DNA of 63,275 bases, the filler included, from Licmophora abbreviata (Eukaryota): assembly GCA_900291995.1 (NCBI GenBank). It is 15 parts of 15 records of this genome, joined end to end, with 100 filler letters (N's around TTAATTAATTAA, not from the genome) between each part and the next. Parts side by side here need not be neighbours in the genome. Positions count along the whole stretch, not along the records: positions 1 to 2,698 come from OLMU01001298.1; positions 2,799 to 10,637 come from OLMU01001299.1; positions 10,738 to 19,830 come from OLMU01001300.1; 12 more parts are not named here. The stretch is one strand, 5' to 3'. A program made the position numbers and the translations under genes. Positions 1 to 11,885 of this stretch are shown here, piece after piece. How positions within the stretch are numbered: the stretch's first letter is position 1; every line of letters begins with the position of its first letter. The notes under the pieces are model-generated. The model had not been told where the DNA came from, ran no database searches, and was given only the letters and a program-made list of their open reading frames with translations.

Positions 1-1921
1 AGAGGTTCCGGATGGACTTGGTTGCACCAAATAGCAGCTGGAGATAAGGAGGGTGATGAGACGAGGAAATCGGAAGCGTCATGGTCCTACTCTACCATAA
101 TGGTGTGGGTCTTACCTTGTCGAAGATCCTTCATTACATTGGACCATCTCTGCGTTACGCGCGACCTTTCTTGTCATTACTTTGGGACCATATCGACATC
201 GCCAGATCTCCAAGACGCCACGCTGTCGCGAGAGAATAGCCAAAAAAGTTTTGCTTTGTCTGGAAGCTCCACCCGGTTGCTCAATCCAGCAACAAGCAGC
301 GTCGCGTGCACCTTTCCACGTCCGAACTATCTGTTTGCTTGACAAGTCAATCAGCAGGACTCGACCCAGATTATCGGTCGCTACAGCAAGAGTGCCACGC
401 GGGTCGATTTTTACGGATGAAATCTGTCTCGGCGCATCGTGAACCTCGAAACCGGCAAATAAGTTTTGTGGCCTTCCGTGCAGTGCTGTTTGGACAGTTG
501 ATTCAAGATGTCTGTCTTCAGCTTTTCGTTCGCCGTCCCCACCATCAGTCTCCAGCTCCTCGTGCTGCATTTTGGATTCACGATTGTGAGCTTTCACTTC
601 CTAGCATCGTTGTCTTTGCCTCAGGACTCACCTTTCCCGCTCCAAGTCCCCACTTGACAGCTCCAAATGCAGCCCCCAACACGCCACCGACTATTGCTTT
701 CGTGCCTCCCACCACGTTTCCAACCAGATCACCATCTTGGTTCAGGTCTTCACGGTTCTGGTCGCCTTTTCTGGCTATTCGACCAGCAAACTGGTCCTCT
801 GATGTGAAGAAGGTGAGAACAGGCAAATGGTCGTTTCCAGAAGCGGCTGTCCCGTTTCCACCGAACGCCAGCGCCTCGTGGAAGCCAGGGACAGTGTCTT
901 CCATTCTAGTATCCACTTCGTCTGTCGGAAAATCGCTTACGTCACGGGTCTGCACTAAGGGAGCCAAAGGTGATGGATAGTACTTGGGCAAGGGCACGAA
1001 GGTTGCACCCTCCTTCGCCGAATAGGAAATTGGTAGAGCTACTTGAATCCGAAGGGTTGCATTGGTCACGTGTTTTGCAAGGGCTTCGTCCACAATGGCA
1101 GGCGGGAAGAACGAAGAATTGTGCAACCTTAGTATTGTACCATCACGATATGATATCCAGACGAGTGTAGTCTTCAGTCCATTTTGACGAGGATCGGACA
1201 TGACGTACGCTGCCAGATCGACAACCCCACCCTCGGGATGGAAGGCGCAGGTCGAATGATTGAGCGATCCGTGCCTCCGATCAGTAAATTTTCCTCCTGC
1301 GCCTCCGTGTGGAGATGCAGCTAGCGTATCGGCAATGCTGTGTCCGCCATGTCTCGATGTCACGAGCGAGTCCGCAACCGATTTGTCCTCGTCGACTGAA
1401 TCCAGCGGATCCAATGGAGCTGGCTCAAATGGCGCTTGTCCATTATCACAATGGACTGTTCCAGTACCCTGTGCAGACACTTGTATTTGAATCTGTACAG
1501 CCAATACTCGAGTCAGATTCGTTCCAAGAACGATCGCTGCGGCACGCGTAGCAATTTCTTGTTCGGCATCGATTGGTCGGAGCGTCGGCTCTAGATTCAG
1601 AATGGTTGCGCAAGTGATCTCTTCGCTCACCTCATCCTCGACAGGTGCCAGTCGGACCGCTTCAACTGGGTTACCACAAGAAACAACATCGGAGCCGTCG
1701 TTCGAGTACATCCACAGCTGGATGGATACAGATCGACTCGTCTGGGCCGCGAGCAGGTAGACTGCGCCCGAAATCTGCACAGGAACCTGAACCATATGCA
1801 GCACAGGTGGCGGAGGGTGCCCAAAATAGGCATTCTCGAGAGGCGGAAGCGATGATTCGATCTTCTGTACATGGCTTAGTACATCCGAGCAGCTGAACTT
1901 GGGAGCTGGCAACGCCATCAT
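1..1921 (-). CDS. RAB3GAP2: Rab3 GTPase-activating protein non-catalytic (regulatory) subunit; 3' end runs off the window
   Basis: ORFs 578..1921 and 112..597 join in phase 0 via intron 565..631 (AAG|GTGAGT...CAG). The motif HDAPRQISSVKIDPRGTLAVATDNLGRVLLID...RTWKGARDA matches the RAB3GAP2 N-terminal family. Another GTAAG donor lies near 116. Confidence 0.8.
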
Positions 1922-2698
1922 CTAAACCGTCGACCAAGAGGCGCCAAATTTGCTTGATTTTCTCCAGTTCTCGAATTTCGAGACAGACCTTAATCTCACT
2001 ATGAGGGTCTAAGCCTTTGAAACGATAAAGCTTTTCAACGCTCACGCAGCTTGAGTCGAAGGAAAGCATCCTCCAAGAGTCGAGTCAAACTGATACGGCA
2101 AACGCGACAACATTCTCATCGCGCAGGCACGCGGTGTCGCGCGAGCATCACGGGCCTCAACAGGATGCAGGAGTAAGTAAAAAGTAGGCTACGAAACCAA
2201 GTGGGTAGAGATGTTGTCGTCGATCTTTGTGTCGTTTTCTTCTAGTTGTCATGTCGGGGGAGTCCCATTCCAGCTCCGTCTTCACTTTCTAGACGTCGAT
2301 TGCTCATCTGGCCGGTAGACTAGGGACCTTGGCTGATTGATTGATTGATTGATTGCAATGATTGTTTAACATTTAAGATGAATTCTGATATGAGTAATAC
2401 AAGAAACGAGGTCCTTGGGGTTAGATCCAACACGAAGCCAACCATAGACAGTCAAGTCCGGTTAGCAAAATGTTCTCTAGGACGACGACGGTTACGAAAA
2501 GTGTCGACATTTTTTATCAAGAGCTCGAATCACCTCTAGTAAAAAGGACGACATACGAGCTCATTTCTAGGGAATTGTTTTCGGAGCCAAAAATGTGCAT
2601 CAGTACAAACAACCAGCGGAAATCACTAATATGAGAAATAGATCACGGTCCCGGCTTGTCAGAGAGGTGTTTCTCGGCGATCCCTTCCTGTTATTGCT

Positions 2699-2798
2699 NN
2701 NNNNNNNNNNNNNNNNNNNNNNNNNNNNNNNNNNNNNNNNNNTTAATTAATTAANNNNNNNNNNNNNNNNNNNNNNNNNNNNNNNNNNNNNNNNNNNN
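2699..2798. other. Artificial assembly linker (N44-TTAATTAATTAA-N44), first of 14
   Basis: Identical 100-nt linkers start at 2699, 10638, 19831, 21122, 22538, 24271, 29627, 32618, 36256, 39678, 43535, 48387, 54274 and 61133. TTAATTAATTAA gives stops in all six frames. Confidence 0.98.
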
Positions 2799-2949
2799 GA
2801 GATTCATTCCTTCGCGGGACGGACTCGTGATGCGACTGACTCGACTCGACTGACTCAATCGACTGACTCTTTCGTTGGCCCTAAGGCCTCACAAATTGCA
2901 CGTCCTTGCCAAGCACACAGTCAAACGTGCTACATTCTCAGATTTTGTC

Positions 2950-3543
2950 CCTACCAATGATCCCTCTTCGACTTCTCTGCCATTCAGTTGCAGAAACAAC
3001 AGTACAAACGTGCTTTTGCTGTTACCTCTGTCCGTTACAGTGCAGAGTAGTTGATTCTAGCAAGCTACTACGTCGACTTGCTTCACGTGGTCTTCTGTCG
3101 TCCAACAGAAGACGAAGTCAGGCAAGCCGCTGCAGCATCTAAAACACCTCAGCCAGTCCCTCTTACAAGACTCTCTCCTTTTACCTTTCTTCTGGGCTGG
3201 TACTCTTCCTGGAAAACTTTCCGTAACCCTTGTGGTCGCTCCTAAAGAACATTTGCTTCGCTATCTGTCATTTTCTTAAACGTTGGATAATCATTGCAAT
3301 CCTCACAAATTCCTCCATTTCCTTAGGTTCTCTTCTAGAAATGACTACCAGTACTCGTATTGAGGACCAGTGTGCCATCCGTGTCTTGGGCTAGGCAAAA
3401 CATACGGTTGTGGACTAGCTAGCTTTACCTGCAAGGTACATTGGAAGGCCGCCCGTCCTACGTACAAACCCACGTACGAGTATCTTATATTGTTGCTTCT
3501 GCAACTGAATGGCAGAGTATGTCGAAGAGGGATCATTGGTAGG
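2950..3543. repeat. Inverted repeat pair (arms about 2950-3001 and 3491-3543); possible MITE/foldback relic
   Basis: cctaccaatgatccctcttcgacttctctgccattcagttgcagaaacaaca is nearly the reverse complement of tgttgcttctgcaactgaatggcagagtatgtcgaagagggatcattggtagg. Weaker gactcga/tcgagtc similarity extends outward to about 2834 and 3663. Confidence 0.75.
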
Positions 3544-4046
3544 ATCATTTTGACTTGATCATTTTGATCGATTGATGACCTCCTTGCTTCGGCGACAATT
3601 GTTTTATAGGAGCGAAACCTCGAAACCTCGCACTCGAATGAGTCGAGTGAGTCATGTCAGTCGAAATCAATTGAACATACTCGTAGTTCCTAGTGTTGCA
3701 AGTTGAAGTTCCGTATCGGGATCTTTGAACTTCATTCATCTACCGATACCTCTGTAGAGTTGAGAAAAGAGGGAATTTTGAGCTGGTTTCTACCGCGATC
3801 CAACCAGCCTTGAACAACCGGTAACAACAGGTAAAACAAGAAATACTCTACTCGCGGGTTACAAACAGCGCACACACAACAAAGAAGCGGGAGCGATGCA
3901 AGCTGTTGTTCACACTAGCGATTCTACCGTGTACTGATTTACCATTTGCGACTCTGCTGCAGTAGGAAGAGCCAAATCGTCTTCATCAGAACTGCGTCGT
4001 AAACTCAGACGTCGACTGGAACCAATCCTTTCGACCACCTACTGCC

Positions 4047-6667
4047 ATGAGATCGTACGCGGAGGAACCGAGACTGACTCGGCCCCGCCCTACATCTGGT
4101 GCCGGCATTGGATACCGATCTGCACTTGGTGTCTCTGTCGTGACATTTTGGTCATTTGCATACTCCTTAATACCATCGCATGTGATGCCACTGGGTCGAT
4201 CTCGGAGAATATCTGGCGTTCCTCTTGGAATGGTCGCTGTCCCCATCGGCAGGGACGCCTTCGACGGCACTGGGTCGACCGAGGCGCAGGACAGCTGTCC
4301 GAAACGACAGGTTCGCAAGAAGTATAAACGGAAACGAGAAAAACCGCGAACAGAAAAGGCCAACGATAGGCTGCGAATCATGCGCCAAGCGAAGTACGAA
4401 GAAATTCAGTCGTCGGGGAACCCCTCCATATTCAGTTTTGATTCCTTGTTCCCCGCACCTGTCTGGGACGAGGAGACTATTCAAAAAGACCTTTATGGAA
4501 TCTCAGAGAGGGATAACGCTTTAGGGAGGGTAAAGGCACAAACGATAGATAGTCCGCAAGGACCAAGCGGGAAGCCCGACGAAGCTGGTCAAGTCCTGAG
4601 CAAGTTTCGAAGCTCGACGATCTCGTCCTCATCGATCGGTGGGTCGTCGATGATGCGTGTCTGGAGAGCTCCCAAAACGAATAGTCCCGTCCTGTCTTAT
4701 GAAAATCCTGACCATGCTAAGGTTCCGCATTCTGACTGTGATACGAAGGATGCGAGTTCTGCCAAGGAGAACGAGAACCCACGGCTTGTTGATCATGCTC
4801 TGACTCGAATGGTGGAAGACAAGGTGTATGGTTACCGAAGGTCGCAGTCTGGAGATTTCGAATATGACACGTCTCTCATGGGAGATGGTGCAGTGCAGTT
4901 TCGCGACGGGGTCCGGATTGGAAACGCGCTGAAAGTGAATGCGGACCGACTGAACTATCACGCGAAGAAACAGTTTGCACGTGGTCGAATCGAAGAAGCC
5001 GAAGAGTTATATGATCAGGCGATTGAGATGGACCCCCGTGACGGTCGTGCTTATCTAGGGCTTTCTAGGGTGGCACAGCGAAGACGAGATTTCAAGCTTG
5101 CCAGAGGGTACCTTCGTGCTGGAATTGCTCGTTCGGTTTCGCTCAGAAAAGGTGAAAAGCTCGACCGTGGGGCCAACCCCTTCCTTCTTCAGGCACTTGG
5201 TTGTCTCGAGGAGAAAATGGGAAATCTGGCAGAGGCAGAAGCGCTATATATATCAGCCGCAAGGTCAAGACCATCGCATGCGGCGGCATGGGTATCTCTG
5301 GGACAGCTACGCACCCGGAAGCTTCGCCAGAGCGCCGCGGCGGGCCGCATTTGCTTCCAGTCAGCTGAGAGGGAACTGGAACGGGCAGGTTCACCACCAT
5401 CTGCACACGTCTATACCGCTTGGGCATCGCTTGAGTACAAGAAAGCGGGAGATGTTCGACGTGCACGCGAGCTCTTCGAGGAAGCCCTCAAGTGCGATCC
5501 TAAATGTTCGCCAGCATGGTTGCAGCTTGGAGTTATGGAAGCAGACAAGGAGAATTGGGGTAAGGCACAAGATTGCTTCGAAGCTGTCCTACGATTTGAC
5601 CAGCGAAACTCTCGCGTGCTGCAAGCCTACGCTATCATGGAAACGAAACGGACGGACGGGGACAGCAGGAAATCCATCGAACTTTTTGAGCGAGCTTTGA
5701 AAGCGAATCCGAGAGACGCTGGTGTACTCCAGGCCTATGCTCTTTTCGTCGCCAAGCTTGGTGAAATCAGCGCTGCTCGCGACTTGTGAGTGCTCTTGAA
5801 ATGTCGTTTCGCATTACACCTCTTTCTCTTTCGTCGATCCTAACGTTAGATTCATATCTCTACATCAAGGTTGCGCTCTGGGACTGACGTGAACAAGCGC
5901 CATGCTGCCGTTTGGCAGGCTTGGGGCGTTCTAGAGACTCGCCATGGCACTCCCGACGCGGCCAGACGGATATTCCAGCAAGGTATTTGGTCGTGTGCAC
6001 AGCTCGCTGGTGGTCAGAGTGGAGGATACCGGTGTGCTCGCCTCTGGCAAGCATGGGGTGTTCTGGAGGCCCGAGAGGGGGACCACGCGGCAGCTCGTCG
6101 TTGTTTCAGTCGGGCACTGGATGCGGACAGTCGCAATATTGCCGCAGTCACGGCGTGGACTCAGATGGAACAAGATCTTGCAAACTTCCTTGACGCGCGT
6201 TCCATTTTTGAACGTAAGTGCACTCTTGGCTTGGTACTACCGGTGTGCTCGATAACATGTATCATCGGCTGACTAACCCTCGAACGTTTTTCTTCGGCTA
6301 CTCAGGTGCGCTGAAGCAGCTGCCGGCAGCGAGTGACGAAAAGATGTCACTGTGGCGTGCGTACGAGCTCATGGAAAAGAACGTTGGAAATACGAATGAA
6401 GCACTGCAGGTGTACCAGAGGTCGATGCGAGAGGCAATGATCGTACAGGATGATCTTGCGGTACAGGAGTCAGACGGCGCCAGTCGACTCGAAACGGACA
6501 AAGTGGAGGGATCAATCGACACTGTATTGAAGAAGAGCGAAGAAGTGGAAGTGGAGAGATGGAACACCGAGTCAATGAGAGGAGAAGTATGGATGAATAA
6601 CGGCTCGATCGAAGGGAAAATACCAAGATCAGTCATGAGAAAGCGCAAGTCCGAGATCAATCCCTGA
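4047..6667 (+). CDS. HAT/TPR-repeat RNA-binding protein, Mbb1/HCF107-like (plastid psbB/psbH mRNA maturation factor)
   Basis: Exons 4047-5785, 5870-6213 and 6306-6667 (introns 5786..5869, 6214..6305). Tandem HAT repeats include DPRDGRAYLGL, NPFLLQALGCLE and VWQAWGVLE (two similar copies). Confidence 0.75.
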
Positions 6668-7051
6668 ACGTTACCGACAATCAATCTATGATAGAAACAA
6701 TAGACCGTAACTGTTGAAGCTTCTAAGTGCCCAATCAGGTCCCAGTGTGAATCCATGTCCGCCCATGGGTTTCATTGATTAATCAAATCGGATCGAGTCT
6801 AGTAGTCCACTCTAGACTACTCCGAGCACTCGCAGAGCTCTACCGGTATCGTACCGGTTCACCTGTAACTGTATGATACGATACCAGTGTTAACTGCGGT
6901 GCAAGTACCAGGTACATCGTACCACGTCACGCGCGCATGCGTGTTCTATTTGAACTTTTCCTCGCGCCTTCTGTCAGTTTGGCGCCCACACAATGATGAC
7001 GAACGTCGGGCACTCGCGCACAATTTCGAATTCTGGACGGCGCTGTTGAAG

Positions 7052-8284
7052 ATGAAAGTCTCGGCTCTGTCGCTTTTTGGCTTCCTAGCAGGCACATCGG
7101 CCTTCGTGTCTAACCCGGCGCTCCAGGGGCGATCGCCGGGGTCCCAGCTCTCTGCGCGAAAGCCATTTATCACAGGAAACTGGAAGCTGAATCCATCGAC
7201 TCGAGATGAGGCCATTGAACTCGCCAAAGGAGTTGCCGAGGCCTTCACTGCCGATTCACCTTGTGATGCCGCTATCTTTGTACCTTACCCATTTATTCCT
7301 TCTGTGATAGATGCTGTCGGTGACAAGATCTCCGTCGGCGCTGAGGTGAGCCTGTCCACCCCATTCAAGCTAACGCGAATGACACTCTTTCCAAGTTGTC
7401 GGACTATTGATCTCACCATCGCCTGCATTGTCTTGAAATTTGACGTGTTCTCCTTTTTCAGATGGTGACGCCAGAAATTGCTGGTGCCTTTACAGGCGGT
7501 ATATCTCCTTCCATGTTGAAGAGCTGTGGTGTCGAATGGGCTCTGGCTGGGCACTCAGAGCGCCGAACTATCAATAAGGAAACCGATGAATACATCAACG
7601 ATCAATGCCGAATGCTTATCGAGAACGACATGAACGTTGTTCTTTGTATTGGTGAGACAGAAGCGGAGTTTGAAAAGGACCTTGTAGGCGGTGTGTGCGA
7701 GGTTCAGCTCAAGAAAGGCCTTGCTGGAATCGACCCAAGTGAGATGTCAAAGGTGACCATTGCCTATGAGCCGGTGTGGGCCATAGGAACAGGAAAGGGT
7801 ACGTGGAGAATTTCAATTGGGGAATGCTGATACTGTGGTGCTAGGTACTGGTTGGGATCTCGACGGTCGTGCAGTGGTGTCTGTGGCTATCGTTGCGAGA
7901 TTCGTTGTAGAGTTCTCACAAACTTCATCGATCCAACTCCTCTTACTCCAGTTGCGACACCCGAAATTGCCCAGAAAGTCCATGGCATCTGCCGAAACAT
8001 TCTGAAGGAAATGTATGGAGAAAAGATTGCCATGGACACTCGAATTCTGTATGGTGGTAGTGTCAGCCCAGACTCTGTCGACGCGCTTCTCGCTGAGCCC
8101 GATATTGATGGGGCACTGGTTGGAGGAGCGTCACTGGATGCTTCCAGTTTTGGTCGCATTATCAACTTCAAACCACTTTTGCAGGTCAGTACTTGTGTAT
8201 TAAACGGAAGTGCACATCATTGTCCCCTTTTCACTTTCTTTCTATTTCGCGTCCTAAATTTCTACCCTCAAGCAGGCTGCCTAA
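7052..8284 (+). CDS. TPI: Triosephosphate isomerase, plastid-targeted
   Basis: Motifs [36 protein letters not shown] and [10 protein letters not shown]. Introns 7346..7461, 7799..7951 and 8185..8275. Presequence [18 protein letters not shown]. Confidence 0.97.
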
Positions 8285-8493
8285 GGAACTTTGTGGTAAC
8301 TACAACGTACCTGGTACGACACTTCTACTGTAGAAAGCATGCTGCCGTTCTCCTACTCTAGAAGCAATTCCTTTCCCCTGTAGTTTGTTCACCGTAGGTA
8401 CCTTCTTGTACCAGGTACGTAGCAGCCACGGCAGGCTTCCATGGAAAAAATCTGGCTGGATGACGCAGCCCGATGGTCATCGAAAAAACGAGG

Positions 8494-10191
8494 TCACCCT
8501 TTATTCACCGCGGATATGTCGTCTGCACTAGAGTAATCTGAAGGTGGAGTATCCGAGACCGGTAAGAGAGGCTGATCTTCGCCATTCCCATCGGCCCCCT
8601 GGAGACATTCCGCCCTTTCGGGATCTTCCGTCTCATCTTCACCGTCGAGCTGGTATCCTTCGTCAGTGCACTCAGCCGTGCCCGATAATTTTCTAACTAT
8701 CGCGTACGCTGGTTGAAAGATGCCTCCTCGAGAGGCCGGGCGTTCATTCTCCTGTAGTGTGGGGGGCAGTTCGTGTTGCGCTTCATCCACGTCGTTTGCC
8801 AGACGCCTGAGAGATAACCAGTTCAGCTGTTGATTCAATACGCTTGCCCGTGGCATTGCAACGTCCTCCTCTCTTATCTCCTCTTCGTCGTCTGATGGCA
8901 AGTCCGGTGGGGGCGGCGCCCCGTATAGAACTCTCGCCTCCGTCTCGTCGTCCCACTCAGAGTGAAGGTCCCTATGATGATGGTTGACGAGATGTTTCAT
9001 TATTGCGGTGCTCTCCCTCCGAGCGGCTTTCATTCGAGCCTTGACTGAATCTGGAATCTCATGACTGGTAGAAAGAGAGAATGGCTCTGTTTTTACGCGG
9101 AGCGGAGATGGACGAGGGGGCCTCCCACTTGTCGACGAGTTATCCAGCTCCATAGAGGACTCGCTATCTGAATCCTTCAATCCTGTTGGTGTGTCAACTG
9201 ATTCTCCGAGTGGTGAGTTCTCTAGGAAACGAGGAGAGAAAGCCCTTACACTATCCATGATTCGAAGCTCTTCGTCCTCGCCAATCACAAATGAATCGTG
9301 CCCAAAAGAACTCTGCTTCGCTGGTTTTCGCGTCGCTCTGCTGCCTCCACTTTGAGTATTATTGGACCGAACACTGTCATCATCACGACGGCCGGATCGT
9401 GTAGAGGAAGCAGTCTTATACTGTGTAACGACGCTGGTCCGTTTGCGCTGTCTGTCAGTCGCTTTGATTAATAGGCAGGCGTGTAGGCCGCTGGGAAGAA
9501 GGCAACTCTCAAACTCCTCGTCAAGGATTCTCTTCTCTCCCATGGCCCCGCAATGAATGATGAGGCGTCCAAAGCAAGAGAACGCTACGACGCATTGAAA
9601 GAACAACAGCAGGATCGTAAAGACCAGAATGAAGCGCAGGAAGCCGCTGAGCATGTCCACCAGAAACAGAATAACCCAAAGCAAGAAGAGATACAACGCT
9701 GAGACAACGAGGCGACTGGGGAGGTGCGTTACGTACTGTCCAATTGAACTTCGAATGACGCAGTGTAGATTGGCGTCCGATACGGACGATACCATTCCCC
9801 ATGCCGTAAAGGTCGCAACTAATGCCGTAATGGTGACGCAAACGGACAAGATGATGACGACCCCGATCCAGAACTTTCCATTCCACATGTTGTTGTCTTC
9901 AAGACACTTTCGCATGTCTGTGGTTACTGAAGCTGAATTGAACAGTACCTGAAGCTCTGAGGCCAGCAACAAACTCATGAAGACCATAGAGGAGCTAAAC
10001 CGCTGAGTGATTTGGATGCGAAGATCGTGGCTCGACTTGGACCAGGACAAATGGCGCCTCCAATGAGGAAAATGGTCCACACTGACAACGAATTCAAGAG
10101 GCCTAAGCAGCCCTAAGAGACTCAACCATGTATCCTCTGAGAAATCACTCTCCTTCTCTGTCTTTCGGTCCGACGGGGAACGAGTCGACAT
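8494..10191 (-). CDS. Uncharacterised membrane protein (about 4 N-terminal TM helices, long disordered C-terminal tail)
   Basis: 565-aa intronless ORF with hydrophobic stretches between about aa 65 and 215. Confidence 0.7.
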   Translation of the reverse strand: MSTRSPSDRKTEKESDFSEDTWLSLLGLLRPLEFVVSVDHFPHWRRHLSWSKSSHDLRIQITQRFSSSMVFMSLLLASELQVLFNSASVTTDMRKCLEDNNMWNGKFWIGVVIILSVCVTITALVATFTAWGMVSSVSDANLHCVIRSSIGQYVTHLPSRLVVSALYLFLLWVILFLVDMLSGFLRFILVFTILLLFFQCVVAFSCFGRLIIHCGAMGEKRILDEEFESCLLPSGLHACLLIKATDRQRKRTSVVTQYKTASSTRSGRRDDDSVRSNNTQSGGSRATRKPAKQSSFGHDSFVIGEDEELRIMDSVRAFSPRFLENSPLGESVDTPTGLKDSDSESSMELDNSSTSGRPPRPSPLRVKTEPFSLSTSHEIPDSVKARMKAARRESTAIMKHLVNHHHRDLHSEWDDETEARVLYGAPPPPDLPSDDEEEIREEDVAMPRASVLNQQLNWLSLRRLANDVDEAQHELPPTLQENERPASRGGIFQPAYAIVRKLSGTAECTDEGYQLDGEDETEDPERAECLQGADGNGEDQPLLPVSDTPPSDYSSADDISAVNKG

Positions 10192-10739
10192 GAATGAATC
10201 CTCCCTCGGCTCTATCTAATCTACCTCAATGCTATCTGGGAATTCAGACCTTGTTTCGTGTTTGCGAAAGGTCAATGCAATGGCGATCAAAGTACCGGGT
10301 ACACAATGAGAGGCAAACAAGAAATTAACTTGAAACTGCCGCCGAGACCCGAGAATGCGAGAATGAAGGAATCGAAGGAAAGAGACAAAGAGATCGATCG
10401 GTATCATACCGCGGTACCGCTACCAGGTACAGCCGTACAGGTACGATACAGGTACGACACAGGTACCGGGAGGTTGCTTAACAAGTATAGTACTCGAGTA
10501 CGATACTCCGAGTATTAACAGTGTGTATCATACATACCGGTGGGCGTAGTCGAATGAGTCACTCGAGTCACGCGAGTCACGTGACACAGTCGCTCTGCAA
10601 AACCCAGTGACGCCGGCTTGATACCGTGTGTGTGTGTNNNNNNNNNNNNNNNNNNNNNNNNNNNNNNNNNNNNNNNNNNNNTTAATTAATTAANNNNNNN
10701 NNNNNNNNNNNNNNNNNNNNNNNNNNNNNNNNNNNNNAA

Positions 10740-10962
10740 CGTGCAACGCCATTGCTGTAGATGCACGGCACCGTCAGACACAGCTAGGTCACCAGAGATT
10801 GACCGGATTGCAACGGCAAGTCTGGGCCCGAAGCATCTTGTCACTACGCCGTTGATAGGTGTAGCGCCGGTTGATTCAATTCCACATGGGGGAAAAGTGT
10901 TCAGACCGGGCAGAGCATTACCTCGCCACAGGTGGAACACTTCTCCTCGCCCATGCTTCCTC
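10740..10962 (+). repeat. Dispersed ~220-bp repeat, copy 1 (inverted copy at 20894-21119)
   Basis: gctgtagatgcacgg...cagacacagctaggtcaccagagattg...gtctgggcccgaagcatctt...gttcagaccgggcagagca...caggtggaacacttctcctcgcccatgcttcctc reappears reverse-complemented, with a few substitutions and indels. Confidence 0.9.
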
Positions 10963-11500
10963 AAAGTTTGGTATGGGGTGACCAACGCAAGCTGCACTTT
11001 TAATTACGGTCATTAAGCTATGTAATCTGCGGTAGCCTATGTCGTCTTTGTCGACGCCTCCGATTTACAAGTTTTGGTGCAGCAGCATTTCCATTGACTT
11101 CGAGACGTATCAAACATGTTACGCCCCGGAGGTCGAGGTCCGTGCCCGGTAGCACACATGTAAGTGCATTCTTTATGACGGGTCGAGCTTGTAGTCCGAT
11201 AGTTTCAGGCATGTTGGTGCCGTCGGGGATAAGGCCGAGTCGAGACGCCGGATCAAGCAGAGTCATCGGATCGCGAGCAAACCAGTTAAGTAAAAAGCAG
11301 CTGTTGAGGATTGCCCATATTCCGCAATCCAAACCTACTTGGCATGGAGTTGATACATGAACTCATCGTGTTTTGCCTTGGGCGTGATTCCATAGAGTAG
11401 TACGCTGGAGGAGGCTTTTTGCAAATCTGGTGTCGTTGGGTCAAGTCAGCAAATTCATATAGAAGAAAGTGATGCATCCGTTTGGATCGTTGTGGGAAGT
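10963..11500 (-). pseudogene. Degenerate, probably transposon-derived coding relic with a Ulp1/C48-like protease motif
   Basis: The minus strand gives PCQVGLDCGIWAILN (resembles the Q..DCG catalytic-Cys motif) and, in another frame upstream, HHFLLYEFADL. The frames are broken and the segment adjoins the dispersed repeat. Confidence 0.3.
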
Positions 11501-11885
11501 GTGGTCCTCGGGTGGTGGTCCCGTACGGACACGGATGATGGTGAACCAGTGATACCAGATACCGTACTCTGTATGATATAGACGGAAACAATCAGATGGG
11601 GCTAGTCAGCAGAATGTTTAGACGGTTACGGGAGTCCTGTTGCAAATGCATCGTGATTAACGATACACCCGATCGTAAGTCTGGATACCCACCTACCCTG
11701 GTACCTGGTAGACTACCGGAAAGGGGGGACACACGTGTGTCGCCTGGGATCCACTGGGTCGTTGCTTGGCTCGCTGGCACAGAAGGCGCAGTGAAAGAGA
11801 TCAAGAAGGTTCCATAATCGAGTAATAATACAACTTTCAGACTAATGATTGCTTGCTCATTCTCTATGAAGATGTTTTGCTTCTT

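Noticed and set aside
565..631. Apparent frameshift between ORFs 578..1921 and 112..597
   Set aside because: Explained by a canonical 67-nt GT-AG intron.
10555..10637. gagtcac x3 cluster and (GT)n tract
   Set aside because: Short low-complexity sequence next to a gap; it resembles bZIP sites but cannot be supported further.
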